This document shows positions 29,051 through 38,397 of a stretch of DNA of 64,000 nt, piece after piece (position 1 is the first letter of the stretch; each line of letters begins with the position of its first letter). A model generated the notes under the pieces. The model saw only the letters and a program-made list of their open reading frames with translations. It was not told the origin of the DNA and made no database searches. The DNA lies in contig CAMWKB010000001.1 of the NCBI GenBank assembly GCA_947174705.1, positions 22,583 through 86,582 of the forward strand. Reading direction: 5' to 3'. A program made the translations under genes and the position numbers. Source of the stretch: an uncultured Lachnospiraceae bacterium (lineage in GTDB: Bacteria; Bacillota; Clostridia; Lachnospirales; Lachnospiraceae).

Positions 29051-30148
29051 TCACGAACAAAGTTCCTCAATATACGCCTTCCACTGTTCAAAAATAGCGT
29101 CGCCATTGGCCCGGTCAGCAATCTCTCTTGCCTTTCTTCCCATATTCTCTGCTATTTCGGGATTTTCTATCAGATAATTAATACCATCCTCAAGCGCTTT
29201 CTGGTCTTTAATCGGAATTAAAATCCCGTCTACCCCATCAGTCATAATAGTCCTTGGACCGCCGCATGGGCAGTCGGTTGCCACAATAGGCAGCCCTAAC
29301 GCCATTGCTTCCATCAAAGCATTGGGTAAGCCTTCCCAATCGGACGTAAATGCAAAAAGCGCGGCGTCTGCCAAATCTTTTTCCAAAGAATCACTGGCTC
29401 CCATAAGGTGAATATAATCTCCCGCATTATTTTTCTCAATCAGCTCTTCAAGAATCTCTTTTGTTCCGTCAAAAGAATCTCCGCCGTAAATTTTCAAATC
29501 GTAGTCCGGATGCTTCTTGTGTACCTCCACAAAAGCCTTTATCAACATAGGCTGATTCTTGAAATCCACCAGTCTGCCCGACTGTACAACTGTCTTGGTA
29601 CGCTTTTCCGGTATCGGTGTTCCTATATATTTAGGATTGATAGGATTTAAAATAATACGCGAATTTTTCTGTAATCTCGGTGCGAAAAAATCTCTCGCAC
29701 CCTCAGTCTGAAATACGCAGCCGTCCGCCCTCGGAAAAAGAATCGGTATCTGAATTTTATCTGACCATTCGTCATAATGCCCTACAGGGTCAGTACGAAT
29801 AGAAATAAGTATCGGTATTTTCATAAAATACGCCGCCATCAGACCTCTGTAAAGCGCCTTTCTGGCAAACGGTATAAGTATATCCGGCTTTTCTTCTTTG
29901 ATAAACTTTGTTAAATATTTAACACGCAGCAGGATTTGAATCAAATGGTTTTTCTTTTTATCATCCGCGCGTAGTCCCACATGGACACGCTTCACTCTGG
30001 GGTCGGTCTGAAATTCGTTTTCTCCGTACCATTCGGTGGCAACAATGACTTCATACCCTTTTTCCACAAACTGATTGGCAAGATTAGTTACTACTCTTTC
30101 GGCGCCGCCCTGCTCCAGACAATTCAAATGAAATGCGATTTTCTGCAT
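29051..30148 (-). CDS. GT4 glycosyltransferase, PglJ/PglH-like (paralog of 18205-19392)
   Basis: GGAERV, GRLVDFKNQ, EGLPNALMEAMA; ATG overlaps the upstream TAA. Confidence 0.9.
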   Translation of the reverse strand: MQKIAFHLNCLEQGGAERVVTNLANQFVEKGYEVIVATEWYGENEFQTDPRVKRVHVGLRADDKKKNHLIQILLRVKYLTKFIKEEKPDILIPFARKALYRGLMAAYFMKIPILISIRTDPVGHYDEWSDKIQIPILFPRADGCVFQTEGARDFFAPRLQKNSRIILNPINPKYIGTPIPEKRTKTVVQSGRLVDFKNQPMLIKAFVEVHKKHPDYDLKIYGGDSFDGTKEILEELIEKNNAGDYIHLMGASDSLEKDLADAALFAFTSDWEGLPNALMEAMALGLPIVATDCPCGGPRTIMTDGVDGILIPIKDQKALEDGINYLIENPEIAENMGRKAREIADRANGDAIFEQWKAYIEELCS

Positions 30149-31251
30149 TACTCCGCCCACTCCCTGATTTTTTTCACATAACTTTCCTTAGAATAAACTC
30201 TTGCTCTTTCAAGCGACATTTTCTTATAATGCTGCATTTTCTCCGGATTTTCCATAAGCCCTATAATTGTCTGCGAAAGGTCTTCTTCTTCTTTTGAAAT
30301 AGAATCTTCCCTAAAATCCGGTATGGGGTCCATATTAGGCACTAAAATTCCGTATCTGTCCTCTAAAATTTCCCGAGGTCCCGTCATACAATCCGTCGCA
30401 ATAACAGGCAATCCCACCGCCATTGCTTCTACCATTGCGTTTGGAAAGCCTTCATAATATGATGTAAGCACATACAAACTTCCCTGTTTAAGATAAGGAT
30501 ATGGATTCCGTTTAAGGCCTGTAAAATAAACCGAATCATCTACTCCAAGCCTTTCCGCAAGCTCTTTATATTGCAGGTATTCACCCTCACCGATAACCAT
30601 AAGCCTGGTATCCGGCAGTCTCTTATGAACGAGCGCAAAACTCTTAATGAGATGCCAGAATCCCTTCACCTCATCTTCTCTACCCATTGTAACGATAATC
30701 CGTCCGTTTGTCCACGGCAGTTTTGCCTGCTCCGTTTCAGATAATTTCCCTACTTCTTTAATATCAAAAGGATTATTCAGGGTCACTGCATCGCGGCATC
30801 TATACTTTTCGTGCACTTCCTGACAAATTACCTGCGAACAACATATCAACTTATCGGCACACTTACAAAAAAGCTTTATCTGCGCCGGCTTGCCCATATC
30901 CATATAGCTTCTGATTCCAAGCCATTTCTCAGCTTTTCCAAAGGATGCAATATTAGCAAGATTGGCTGTAGGTCCAAAGCTGTAGGCAATATCAATCTCT
31001 TCTTTTTTCTTAATTTTATGAATTCGCCAGCCTCTTTTTAATACATTTATAATCTTGCCAATTTTTCCCTCTCTGCTTGGCAGGCGCAAATCCGCTACAG
31101 GTATGCCTTTGATATCATATGCGATATCCCTTGAATCGAAGATAACAATCTTTACCTGAAAATACGGCTGCAGCAGTCTTGCTGTTGTTACACATACTTT
31201 TTCAAAACCGCCCTGATGCAGCGCCGGTACAATTAATAATATCTTTTTCAT
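30148..31251 (-). CDS. GT4 glycosyltransferase
   Basis: GGFEKV, MGREDEVKG, EGFPNAMVEAMA. Confidence 0.9.
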   Translation of the reverse strand: MKKILLIVPALHQGGFEKVCVTTARLLQPYFQVKIVIFDSRDIAYDIKGIPVADLRLPSREGKIGKIINVLKRGWRIHKIKKKEEIDIAYSFGPTANLANIASFGKAEKWLGIRSYMDMGKPAQIKLFCKCADKLICCSQVICQEVHEKYRCRDAVTLNNPFDIKEVGKLSETEQAKLPWTNGRIIVTMGREDEVKGFWHLIKSFALVHKRLPDTRLMVIGEGEYLQYKELAERLGVDDSVYFTGLKRNPYPYLKQGSLYVLTSYYEGFPNAMVEAMAVGLPVIATDCMTGPREILEDRYGILVPNMDPIPDFREDSISKEEEDLSQTIIGLMENPEKMQHYKKMSLERARVYSKESYVKKIREWAE

Positions 31252-32405
31252 AACTGCGAGCTGTCTCCATTCAAATAAAAATTCCTATAGGCTGCTGCCT
31301 GTTTGCGTATATCCAAACCGCCATCTACCATTTCCTGATAAGTGACACATCTGTCATAATCTGCCTGTGCCATAATCTCATCAGCCCATACCGAAGCAGG
31401 CTGTTTGATATCCATATAAGTCACAAGCTCTGTTGCCTTGGCTTCCTTAGTGACCGTATCCGAAACCAGACACCTGAGCCCCGCCGCCTGCGCCTCCACC
31501 AATACGCCGGGTAAGCCCTCATACAGCGACGGAAGCAAAAAAATATCAAACGCCTGATAATACTCCTGCGGCTGCTTACAATTTCCCATAAAAATAACCT
31601 TATCCCTGATACCAAGTTCTTCACATCTTGCTTCTATTTTCGCCCTGTCCGGGCCATCGCCAAGCAAAATCAACACCGCATCCTCACGCATAGAACAAAG
31701 CTTTGCAAAAATTTCAACCAGATAGGGATGGTTCTTGGGATGTGAAAACCTTCCAACATGCCCGACTGCAAACTTATCTTCAATCTTCAGCCGCTTTCTC
31801 ATCATCGCTCTCACTTCGGGCTGATAAGCAAATTTACCTGCGTCAATTGCATTATATATAATCTTAACCTTACCGTCATCTAACTGCTTCTTGCCAAAAG
31901 CATTAATTCCCGCCAGTTCAGAACACGCAAAACAATAATCCGTTTTTTTATAAAGGTTTTTACGTAACATTTTGGTTGCAATGCCTTTGAGTCCCTTATC
32001 AACTCCGGCACTCCTTGAATGTGCAACAGTAATCGGGATTCCATATTTTTTAGCAATGGGAAGATAGATGGATGCCGTGCTTGTCATATGCCCCTGCACG
32101 ACACGAAACTCACGATGCTTTGAAAAAAAATCACATATAGCGTTTCGATATGCAAAATAATTATATATTTTAAATTTGGGAAGTACATAAATATGCCCTC
32201 CCATTGCTTTTATTTCCTCATCATAAAATTGCGGTTCTCTCGCCGAAGCATCATCTCCGGCACGTTTTACGGCGTCACTGTGCACCAGGAAATCAAACTG
32301 AATTTCCTTAGTGTCCATCTGCCTGTATAAATCCATAATCCGGCTCTCCGCACCCCCAAGCGCGGTACCGCCAAGGACATGTAATATTCGCACTGTATCA
32401 GACAT
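31248..32405 (-). CDS. GT4 glycosyltransferase (EpsF/CapH-like)
   Basis: GGAESRIM, FDFLV, HVGRF..PKNH, EGLPGVLVEAQAAGL. Confidence 0.9.
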   Translation of the reverse strand: MSDTVRILHVLGGTALGGAESRIMDLYRQMDTKEIQFDFLVHSDAVKRAGDDASAREPQFYDEEIKAMGGHIYVLPKFKIYNYFAYRNAICDFFSKHREFRVVQGHMTSTASIYLPIAKKYGIPITVAHSRSAGVDKGLKGIATKMLRKNLYKKTDYCFACSELAGINAFGKKQLDDGKVKIIYNAIDAGKFAYQPEVRAMMRKRLKIEDKFAVGHVGRFSHPKNHPYLVEIFAKLCSMREDAVLILLGDGPDRAKIEARCEELGIRDKVIFMGNCKQPQEYYQAFDIFLLPSLYEGLPGVLVEAQAAGLRCLVSDTVTKEAKATELVTYMDIKQPASVWADEIMAQADYDRCVTYQEMVDGGLDIRKQAAAYRNFYLNGDSSQL

Positions 32406-32424
32406 TTCACATTTCCCTAACTTA

Positions 32425-33345
32425 TTATTTCAGGATATCCCCAGTTATCAGCTTCCTTGCACATTCATAATCATTAATCAAAAGCGAACCGTCCACCGTT
32501 CTTACAACCGGTCTGTCATCAAATACATCAATGACTTCTCCCACCTCATAAGCTGAAAAGTCCATCATTTCATCAAACGGCTGCGCTGACCAGATAGTTA
32601 CCTTTTCATCCCCAAGCATGGCAAAAGCCCCCGGAAACGGTGCCGCAACGCCCCTTATAAGGTTATAGATATTTCTGGTTCTCTCATGAAAATCTATTTT
32701 ACCATCTGCTGCGGTGCGCTTATTATACCATGAATCAAAATCTTTCGATTCCGTCCTAATCTCAATATTTCCTTTTTGGTATGCAACAAGTAATTTACGG
32801 ATTAAATTCTTGGAGCAGATCATATTCTTGTACTGCGCCGTCCTTATATCGTCATGCGGCGTAATAGAAAACATCTCGGTTGCAAATACATTCGGGCTGT
32901 CGGCCTTTTCATCATAGCGGAATAAATTCAGATTGAATCTGCTATCCCCGAGGATTATAGACCAGTTAAGCGGCGAACGCCCCCTGCCGAACGGAAGATA
33001 GCCGCAGTTTCCATGAAAGCCATATATGCCATACTTAAATCTATCTAAAACCGACGCCGGAATCAATCTCTGCCAGCCCATAGATATTCCGATATCAAAC
33101 TCATTCTCACTTAAGAATTTCTGTGTCTTTTCATCAGTCAAAAAATAGCTGTCAGCCTCATGTACCGGAATTCCGTATTTTTCAGTTAAAACCGAAAGTC
33201 CCTTATATCCGGATACCTGATTTTTCTTAGTGACCTCCGGACTTATGGTAATCACCAAATCCACAGGACATATTTCACTATTTATAAATTCCACTATATT
33301 CTCAGAAGTGTCTTTCACTCCGAATACGACTACTTTGTACTTCAT
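32425..33345 (-). CDS. Formyltransferase (Fmt/ArnA-like fold), probable sugar N-formyltransferase
   Basis: GWQRLIP, FHG...LPFGRGRSPLNWSI, DGKIDF, IRG...PFPGAF. Start at ATG 33345 (AAGGAG). Confidence 0.8.
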   Translation of the reverse strand: MKYKVVVFGVKDTSENIVEFINSEICPVDLVITISPEVTKKNQVSGYKGLSVLTEKYGIPVHEADSYFLTDEKTQKFLSENEFDIGISMGWQRLIPASVLDRFKYGIYGFHGNCGYLPFGRGRSPLNWSIILGDSRFNLNLFRYDEKADSPNVFATEMFSITPHDDIRTAQYKNMICSKNLIRKLLVAYQKGNIEIRTESKDFDSWYNKRTAADGKIDFHERTRNIYNLIRGVAAPFPGAFAMLGDEKVTIWSAQPFDEMMDFSAYEVGEVIDVFDDRPVVRTVDGSLLINDYECARKLITGDILK

Positions 33346-33392
33346 AATTGCTCCTTTTTCCAAGTGATTGCGAAGAGGAATTTAAATTGCCA

Positions 33393-34139
33393 TTATCTAT
33401 TCCTAAGCGAAACCAAAAATCTCTTAACCCTCGCCAGCAAACTTTCCCCAAGTCTGCCAATGCTGCCTCTTTTTACCGGCTCAATTTTTAAGTAATCAGA
33501 ATATGAAATCATATTCTTTCCATATTCCTCAAATATTCTCTTATACCAGGCCTTATCCGCCTCCGTAACCGTATTGGCATGAATCACCATTGTTGTGGCT
33601 CCCGACTTCTTTTTAAGGCTGCTGCCTAATCTAAATGAAATCGGATAAAAAGTCATTCCATTATAAGTGTACGGTTTACTGCCAAAGCCGTCTGTCATTT
33701 TGGTAAAACCAAGCTCTATTAGGGCTTTCAAAGTATTTTCATCATATGAATGAGCCGGAGCCATAAAAATATCTGTCTCTATTCCCTTTTCTTTTAGCTG
33801 CTCTTTTCCGTGCAAAAGCAGTTCTTTTTGTTCTTCATAAGGCAGGCCCGCGAACTCGGAAAAATTGTTTAAGGGAAAAAGTCCTCCGCTCTCAGTCGTA
33901 TAAACATGATAGCAGCCATGCATTGCCAGACAGAATCCCTTCTTTTCAAGGCTTTTCATAAGTTCATAAAAATCTTCATTCACGCTCCTGCGGCGTAAAT
34001 TTTTATCTCTATTGTCAGGCACAATTCCTAGCAACGGTGAAATTCCGGCCTTTTCAAATAAATCAAGGAAGAAATTAAAATTCTCCCAGTCCATATCCGG
34101 AGTAATATCGTCCATACGAACCGCTATTTTCATGCTCAT
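33393..34139 (-). CDS. DUF2334/CE4-like polysaccharide deacetylase
   Basis: VRMDDI, LLGIVP, MHGCYH, SEFAGL, FMAPAH, VIH. Confidence 0.78.
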   Translation of the reverse strand: MSMKIAVRMDDITPDMDWENFNFFLDLFEKAGISPLLGIVPDNRDKNLRRRSVNEDFYELMKSLEKKGFCLAMHGCYHVYTTESGGLFPLNNFSEFAGLPYEEQKELLLHGKEQLKEKGIETDIFMAPAHSYDENTLKALIELGFTKMTDGFGSKPYTYNGMTFYPISFRLGSSLKKKSGATTMVIHANTVTEADKAWYKRIFEEYGKNMISYSDYLKIEPVKRGSIGRLGESLLARVKRFLVSLRNR

Positions 34140-34154
34140 CTCAATTCCTCATTT

Positions 34155-35129
34155 TTACAAATTAGCCTTATACCACTCAATTGCCAGCTCAATACCCCTT
34201 TTAAAATCATACTCCGGAGCATAGCCAAGCAGCTTCTTAGCCTTGGAAATATCGGCATTGGAGTGTTTGATATCTCCTGCCCTGTCAGGTCCGAAATTAG
34301 GCTCTACGTCCTTATCAAGCGCCTTACATAAATCGTAGTATATATCAATCAGATATTCCCTGCCGCCATATGCGATATTAAACGCATTTCCTGCTGCTTC
34401 CGAAGGCGCCAGACAAGCCTTTAGGTTAGCCTCGATTACATTGTCTATATAGGTGAAGTCTCTTGACTGTTTTCCGTCGCCGTTAATGGTCGGCACCTCA
34501 CCATCCAAAAGCTGCTTAATGAATTTGGGAATAACCGCGGCATAAGCGCCGTTCGGGTCCTGCCTTCTTCCGAATACGTTAAAATAACGCAGCGCATAGG
34601 TATCAAGTCCGTACAGCTTTGTATAGAGTTTTCCGTATTCTTCATCGACCTGTTTAGTCAATGCATATGGAGATAAAAGATTGCCTTCCTGTCCCTCTAC
34701 CTTGGGCAGTACAGGATGGTCACCGTATACAGAAGAACTTGAAGCAAATACAAACTTTTTAACCTTATTTTGTCTTGCTGCTTCCATCATATTTAGGGTT
34801 CCCCTGATATTTATCTCCTCATATAAAAGCGGCATCTCAATGCTTCTCGGCACACTTCCCCATGCCGCCTGATTCAGTACATAATCTACGCCCTTGCAGG
34901 CTTCCATGCAGGTATCCAAATCCCTTATATCGCCTTTTATAAACGTATAATTATCCCTGTCTGATAAAAGGTCCACATTCTCCTGTTTACCGGTAGAAAG
35001 GTTGTCCAGACAACGCACCTGATATCCCATATCCGTTAACGCTTCGCATAGGTTAGAGCCAATAAAGCCCGCTCCGCCTGTTACAAGAAATATACTGTTA
35101 TCATCAAATTTTAACTCTTTGTATCCCAT
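34155..35129 (-). CDS. wbpP: UDP-GlcNAc(A) 4-epimerase (WbpP/TviC)
   Basis: TGGAGFIGS, QAAWGSVPRS, ASSSSVYG, SPYALTK, LRYFNVFGRRQDPNGAYAAVIPK. Confidence 0.9.
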   Translation of the reverse strand: MGYKELKFDDNSIFLVTGGAGFIGSNLCEALTDMGYQVRCLDNLSTGKQENVDLLSDRDNYTFIKGDIRDLDTCMEACKGVDYVLNQAAWGSVPRSIEMPLLYEEINIRGTLNMMEAARQNKVKKFVFASSSSVYGDHPVLPKVEGQEGNLLSPYALTKQVDEEYGKLYTKLYGLDTYALRYFNVFGRRQDPNGAYAAVIPKFIKQLLDGEVPTINGDGKQSRDFTYIDNVIEANLKACLAPSEAAGNAFNIAYGGREYLIDIYYDLCKALDKDVEPNFGPDRAGDIKHSNADISKAKKLLGYAPEYDFKRGIELAIEWYKANL

Positions 35130-35144
35130 ATTTTTGCCTTTCTT

Positions 35145-36461
35145 CTACAATCTCCAATAAAGATAATCTTTTGTCATATACTGTTGTCTGTCAAGCAATC
35201 CTTTGATGTCCATAAGCACTTTACACTCATGCTTCGGATTAAAGAAGTTGTTTATATCTTCTTTACTAAGGCTGAGGAACTGCTTATGTGCAACCGCAAT
35301 TACAACCGCATCCATATCTTTAATATCATTAAGCGTTCCAAAAGTAATTCCGTATAAGCGTTTCGCCTCCCCGGCATCCGCTGCCGGGTCCACTACAAGA
35401 GGGGTAATTCCGTATTCGCCAAGCTCATTATAAATATCAATTACCTTGGTATTTCTGGTATCCGGACAGTTCTCCTTAAAAGTAAAACCAAGAATCGCTA
35501 CCTTTGCGCTTTTTACAGGCACATCGGTTTTAATAAGATTCTTTACAAGACTCTCCGCTACATATTTTCCCATTTCATCGTTAATACGGCGGCCCGCAAG
35601 AATGATTCTGGAATGATAACCCAATTCCTCAGATTTATAGGTAAGATAGTAAGGATCAACGCCGATACAATGACCACCTACAAGACCCGGCATGAAAGGC
35701 AGGAAGTTCCATTTTGTTCCTGCTGCTTCAAGCACCGACTTAGTATCGATTCCCATTTTATGGAAAATGATAGAGAGTTCATTCATGAACGCAATATTGA
35801 TATCTCTCTGACTGTTTTCGATTACCTTGGCTGCCTCCGCTACCTTAATGGATTCGGCGCGGTAAACGCCGGCTTCCACCACCAGTTCATATACCTTTGC
35901 CACCGTATCAAGGGTTTCTTCGTCCATGCCTGAGACGATTTTGGTAATAGTCTCAAGCCTATGTACTTTGTCTCCCGGATTAATTCTCTCAGGCGAATAA
36001 CCGATTTTAAAATCAACGCCGCATTTTAACCCTGATTCTTTCTCAAGGATCGGAACGCAGATATCCTCTGTAACTCCCGGATACACCGTTGACTCGAAAA
36101 CAACAATAGAGCCTTTGGTAAGGTTTTGTCCCAAGATGCGGCTTGCGCCTTCTACCGGAGTTAAATCTGGCGTATGATCACTGTTTACAGGCGTAGGAAC
36201 TGCTACGATATGAAATCTGGCTTCTTTCAGTTTAGAAGCATCAGAAGTAAATTCCACACTGGTTTCTTTAATTACGTCATTTCCCACCTCATTCGTCGGG
36301 TCGATTCCGCTTTTATAAAGTTCAATCTTCTCTGCGTTGAGGTCAAAACCTACTACTTTTACTTTTCTTGCAAAGGCTACTGCGATTGGCATGCCGACGT
36401 AACCTAAGCCGACTAGGGAAATTTTGTCAGTTCCTTGTAAAATGTTTTCATACAAAGCCAT
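35145..36461 (-). CDS. wbpO: UDP-HexNAc 6-dehydrogenase (WbpO/TviB)
   Basis: GLGYVG, VPTP, ESTVYPG, SPERINPGD, EAAKVIEN.QRD, GGHCIGVDP, FKENCPD.RN. Confidence 0.9.
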   Translation of the reverse strand: MALYENILQGTDKISLVGLGYVGMPIAVAFARKVKVVGFDLNAEKIELYKSGIDPTNEVGNDVIKETSVEFTSDASKLKEARFHIVAVPTPVNSDHTPDLTPVEGASRILGQNLTKGSIVVFESTVYPGVTEDICVPILEKESGLKCGVDFKIGYSPERINPGDKVHRLETITKIVSGMDEETLDTVAKVYELVVEAGVYRAESIKVAEAAKVIENSQRDINIAFMNELSIIFHKMGIDTKSVLEAAGTKWNFLPFMPGLVGGHCIGVDPYYLTYKSEELGYHSRIILAGRRINDEMGKYVAESLVKNLIKTDVPVKSAKVAILGFTFKENCPDTRNTKVIDIYNELGEYGITPLVVDPAADAGEAKRLYGITFGTLNDIKDMDAVVIAVAHKQFLSLSKEDINNFFNPKHECKVLMDIKGLLDRQQYMTKDYLYWRL

Positions 36462-36512
36462 TTTATATTCCTCCTGTTATATGTTCATTTGCAAAAGGGA
36501 TTCTAATGCCAC

Positions 36513-36594
36513 GAGTTCGCACAATATAAACAAAAAAGGGGCTCGAACCGCGGGAGCGAAGGTCGCCCCTTTTTTGTTTATATTGCGCGAGCTC
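36513..36594. repeat. Long inverted repeat (30-bp arms, 28/30 identical) containing a bidirectional terminator-like core
   Basis: GAGTTCGCACAATATAAACAAAAAAGGGGC (36513-36542) pairs with GCCCCTTTTTTGTTTATATTGCGCGAGCTC (36565-36594). Confidence 0.88.
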
Positions 36595-36721
36595 TGGGTA
36601 TTGGTGCTTTTCGCAATTAAATAATACTCTCGTCATTTGGAATTCTTTCGCAATTGACTAACATTTTTATTATATCACATAAACCCCGTAAATACTACTT
36701 TAATGAAGTAATCATTCTAAA

Positions 36722-38386
36722 TCATTTTAAATAATCAATAAGATTCCTCAGAGCTGTGATTTTCAGGTCATATTCATCTGAATCACAGTCGGCATTGTGA
36801 TACAATCCGTCTTCATTTTGGAAGTAAATACTTTTCATGCCAAGCTGCTTGGGAGCTTGGAAGTCTTTTGTCATATTGTCACCGACATATGCAATCTCGG
36901 CGAATGGCAGTCTCCATCGGCACTGGATGATTCGGAAAGCAATGTCGTTTGGTTTTCTGAATTGTTCGCCGCCTAGTTCATCCGTTATTATTATATCGTC
37001 GACCAGTTTGGTCAATGCAGGTGTTCCATCAGTTTTTTCATTAAACCCAAGCGCTTCTAATTTATTTTTTTGACCATTTACTCTGCCGTCAGTAATTATG
37101 CCGATTTTAAATCCCTTGGATTTAAGTGTGGTGAGGAGGTCATATGCGCCGTCGTATAGTTCAATATTTGGCATTTGGTTTCGGTATATGGATAGACAGT
37201 CCTGTTTTTTTTCTGGCTGTCCGAGTTCGTTTAGAAGCTCGTCAATCGCACTTTTTCCCTCAAGGAAATAATTCCACAGTTTTTCAGCGTATACCCTGTT
37301 TCCTAAGAATTTTGCGACTTCGGCATATCCGCTTTTTACATATTGTTTTTCGGAATAAAGGGTGTCGTCCAGGTCAAAAATAATGCCTTTTAGGGCAAGC
37401 ATTCCGTCGCCTTTTATCCGGCTTTCGGATGCGACGCAAATGCTCTGGTCGAATCTGCTGTATACTGCGCCGTTTCTTGCAGCGGCTTCCTGATATGTCA
37501 GTGTCTCGCCGCAAAGCAGTCTTAAAACTGCACTTGCCGAATCTGCGCCCGCCTTTATGCTTAAGGGCGCGCCTCCGCCATATCTGGGATTTATTTCTAT
37601 ATAATAGTCATCGCCTGTTTCATTTTGTCGTATGAGCTGGACTGTCATCGGACCGCATGGTTTGAAACGACTAACTAATTGTTTAGCTTCCTCTATTATT
37701 TTCTCATCGAGCGAGATTTCGGTTTTTAACACCTCGCCGCTTCTTACGGCAATCCGCTCTCTAGGGGTTATATATATGGGATTTCCGTCAAAATCACAAA
37801 ATATATCTATTGTATATTCTTTTCCCTCTATAAAAGGCTGTATTATATAATCCCCGATTTTCCCTGCATACATGGCGAGTTCGGACTCGGTGTTTATTTT
37901 ATATGCATCTATGCTACTGCTGCCATCCTTTGGCTTTATGAAACATGGATACGCGCCATCATACTTACGGTAATCGTTTACCGGTCGAGGCGCCTTAAGG
38001 CCGCAAGATTCAAAGAAGTCGGAAGTGTAATTTTTATCTCTGCAAAGCGCAATCATATCCGGACTGCTGATAAGTACCCTTGTTTCAATCTCCTTAAATT
38101 TATCAGCATTTTGTGAAAGGACAAGCAGATCCGTATCTATTGTCGGAATTACCAAATCTATTTTATCCCTTCCACAGATTTCAAGAAGCTCCGGAATATA
38201 ATTTTTATCTTTCATGGCGCAGATTTTTCTTGTATAATTACAATAAGCTAACGCCGGTGCGGTTCCTGCCATATCCGCCCCGTAAATTTTTAGGTTTATA
38301 TTCAGGCATAACGCTGCATTATGAAAAGCCTGCAGCAGTTCTACACGCCTGCCCGTTCCTGTAAATAGAATACGAATTTCTTTCAT
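36722..38386 (-). CDS. ATP-grasp ligase fused to a HAD-family hydrolase
   Basis: FIKPKDGSSS, IIQPFIEGKEYTID, IEINPRYGGG; C-terminal FDLDDTL, ITDG, RKP, YVGDN..KD. Confidence 0.85.
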   Translation of the reverse strand: MKEIRILFTGTGRRVELLQAFHNAALCLNINLKIYGADMAGTAPALAYCNYTRKICAMKDKNYIPELLEICGRDKIDLVIPTIDTDLLVLSQNADKFKEIETRVLISSPDMIALCRDKNYTSDFFESCGLKAPRPVNDYRKYDGAYPCFIKPKDGSSSIDAYKINTESELAMYAGKIGDYIIQPFIEGKEYTIDIFCDFDGNPIYITPRERIAVRSGEVLKTEISLDEKIIEEAKQLVSRFKPCGPMTVQLIRQNETGDDYYIEINPRYGGGAPLSIKAGADSASAVLRLLCGETLTYQEAAARNGAVYSRFDQSICVASESRIKGDGMLALKGIIFDLDDTLYSEKQYVKSGYAEVAKFLGNRVYAEKLWNYFLEGKSAIDELLNELGQPEKKQDCLSIYRNQMPNIELYDGAYDLLTTLKSKGFKIGIITDGRVNGQKNKLEALGFNEKTDGTPALTKLVDDIIITDELGGEQFRKPNDIAFRIIQCRWRLPFAEIAYVGDNMTKDFQAPKQLGMKSIYFQNEDGLYHNADCDSDEYDLKITALRNLIDYLK

Positions 38387-38397
38387 TGCTTCTCCAA

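Noticed and set aside
32425-33345. Housekeeping methionyl-tRNA formyltransferase (fmt)
   Set aside because: Lacks the FMGTP and HxSLLP motifs and the def/sun context; it lies among sugar genes.
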